Virus record (IMG/VR): IMGVR_UViG_3300031519_003155
Coordinates: 1-25,299 of that record
Direction: 5' to 3' (one strand)
Source: a virus
Lineage: Duplodnaviria > Caudoviricetes
DNA: 25,299 nt
Positions 23,832-25,299 of the stretch are shown here, one piece after another; the first letter of the stretch is position 1; each line of letters opens with the position of its first letter. Under the pieces are notes generated by a model. The model was not told where the DNA came from, searched no databases, and saw only the letters and a program-made list of their open reading frames with translations. A program made the translations under genes and the position numbers.

Positions 23832-24608
23832 TTAACAACATTCCCAACTATGTATATATTTATGCTTGCTTATTTCATCTAACACTTCATCCCTATCATT
23901 TAGCATATCACCAATTGGAAGATAACCTATTGCTAGTTTATCATCACCCCACTCATACGGAAGTTTGTGTTTTATTTTTTCATAAAATGTTTTCAAGTGA
24001 TCTTCAAGGTCGTTGAAAGTGTATTCAACATTTACAAAAAACTGGGTTATGCTTGCATTATAATTTTGTGTTAACAATATCTGTTCATCCGGACAGTCCA
24101 CATCCTTATCAATAAACAGCTCTAAAAAGTGTTTACCTACATGAGGATAGTTCATATACAATTTATCGCCATTTGGTATTTCAAATAATGAATAACTTTC
24201 CTCTAACAATGGCTCACCAATATCCAATCCATGTAATGCCCAGTTACGGCTGTTCTTCCTCTGGGTCGATTCAAGTTCGTGGATTAAATTATTAAACAAT
24301 GACAGCGTATGTCTGATCTGTTCGTCGTGGTAATATTGGTGTAAGTATGTAGGGAAATTAATGTGGAGGCGGTTTAATTCTTCGGGAGTATATTCAATAG
24401 GAAATCCGAACCGATTTAACTTACTGACAATATTTTCTAAATCAGTCTCAATGTCAGTTTCACTTCTAAAGCCATTCGTCTGAGTATTACTCACAACACG
24501 ATTGACTTGTTGCAGTCTGGTATAAATCAAATGTACTGTCGGATTGTCATGCAGAGTATATTCAATTTTATAATCTTTGTTTTCACCGACATACACATTT
24601 AACTTCAT
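23832..24608 (-). CDS. Hypothetical protein (258 aa)
   Basis: Long co-oriented ORF filling the iscU-def gap; His-containing motifs but no family recognised. Confidence 0.75.
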   Translation of the reverse strand: MKLNVYVGENKDYKIEYTLHDNPTVHLIYTRLQQVNRVVSNTQTNGFRSETDIETDLENIVSKLNRFGFPIEYTPEELNRLHINFPTYLHQYYHDEQIRHTLSLFNNLIHELESTQRKNSRNWALHGLDIGEPLLEESYSLFEIPNGDKLYMNYPHVGKHFLELFIDKDVDCPDEQILLTQNYNASITQFFVNVEYTFNDLEDHLKTFYEKIKHKLPYEWGDDKLAIGYLPIGDMLNDRDEVLDEISKHKYIHSWECC

Positions 24609-24615
24609 AATATAA

Positions 24616-24996
24616 TCACATATGGTTTTTTAGTTTATAATCCTTAACTGCGGCTTTGATAGCATCTTCTGCTAATACCGAGCAGTGTATCTTTACTGGT
24701 GGCAGGGCAAGTTCTGTAGCTATCTCTGTGTTTTTAATCTGCGATGCTTTATCTATAGTAACACCTTTTACCCACTCTGTCAATAGGCTAGATGAAGCAA
24801 TTGCGCTTCCACATCCATAGGTCTTGAACTTTGCATCGACAATAATGTCATTCTCAACCTGTATCTGTAAACGCATAACATCACCACATGCTGGAGCTCC
24901 AACCATTCCAGTTCCAATGTTACTTTTGCTATCGTCCAATTTACCTACGTTACGCGGGTTCTCATAATGATCTAATACTTTATCTGAATAAGCCAT
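24616..24996 (-). CDS. iscU: Fe-S cluster scaffold IscU
   Basis: MAYSDKVLDHYENPRNVG, APACGD, YGCGSAIASSS and LPPVKIHCS (three Cys plus the HscA-binding LPPVK). Confidence 0.97.
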   Translation of the reverse strand: MAYSDKVLDHYENPRNVGKLDDSKSNIGTGMVGAPACGDVMRLQIQVENDIIVDAKFKTYGCGSAIASSSLLTEWVKGVTIDKASQIKNTEIATELALPPVKIHCSVLAEDAIKAAVKDYKLKNHM

Positions 24997-25004
24997 ATGT
25001 TTCT

Positions 25005-25299
25005 CTAGTTATAAAGTGAATGATTATTAATGACAACACCAGTAAGAAGGAAATTCAAATGCCGGTAATCACTTTGTGTAAATTCAAAATAACGGTCGTA
25101 GAAGGAGAACATCACTACCTTGTGTAAAATCAACTGTGACAAACTAGGTCTGTCTGGTAGTGCTGGATTTGCTTCATACAAATTTCCATTTTGTCTCAGC
25201 CCATTATAGGTAGTGTACACATCTAGAGCGTTGATAGCATACCAATACATCTTAACCTTACGATTATCATCATGGTGTTTGAGCCGAAGCGTAGTGTTG
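25005..25299 (-). CDS. Hypothetical protein with LDxxTT...EANP motif (DUF5658-like), probably 5'-truncated by the window
   Basis: The frame has no stop upstream of the ATG at 25250 through to the window edge (NTTLRLKHHDDNRKVK-MYWY...). Confidence 0.6.
   Translation of the reverse strand, partial: NTTLRLKHHDDNRKVKMYWYAINALDVYTTYNGLRQNGNLYEANPALPDRPSLSQLILHKVVMFSFYDRYFEFTQSDYRHLNFLLTGVVINNHSLYN

Noticed and set aside
23857-23864. CATAAATA variant late promoter upstream of def
   Set aside because: Imperfect match inside a coding region of AT-rich DNA; not supportable without TSS data.
1-25299. tRNA, rRNA, integrase or transposase genes; alternative genetic code
   Set aside because: No cloverleaf-like or rRNA-like segments or recombinase motifs were noticed in the short intergenic gaps (tRNAscan not run); core genes translate full length with the standard code.

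Overview
A 25.3-kb segment of a T4-like myophage genome, most likely marine and infecting a Gram-negative host (inferred from spanins, IscU/ErpA and IHF-like sites). Every credible gene is on the minus strand. The core is the T4-type replication module: gp45, gp44, gp62, regA, hsp20, gp43, uvsX and gp41. Around it are Fe-S and redox genes (iscU, erpA, a cobalamin-binding radical SAM enzyme, a peroxiredoxin) and a protein-processing block (def, clpP, a peptidase-VWA protein, a CobS/MoxR ATPase). There are also modification enzymes (UDP-sugar dehydrogenase, AspH-like hydroxylase, NTP pyrophosphohydrolase, a GT2 glycosyltransferase), a late spanin cassette ending in an EF-hand membrane protein, and an island of small early genes. 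Regulatory signals are unusually clear: seven TTGACT-N17-TATAAT promoters and five T4 late promoters (TATAAATA). Three non-coding features stand out. (1) The terminator of the cobS operon has a 25-nt loop carrying a perfect 13-nt antisense copy of the cobS ribosome-binding site 1.55 kb upstream on the same predicted transcript. (2) The hsp20 leader carries a ROSE-type RNA thermometer motif. (3) erpA sits between direct repeats of a late-promoter leader. All assignments come from motif recognition by eye; no database searches or folding calculations were run.
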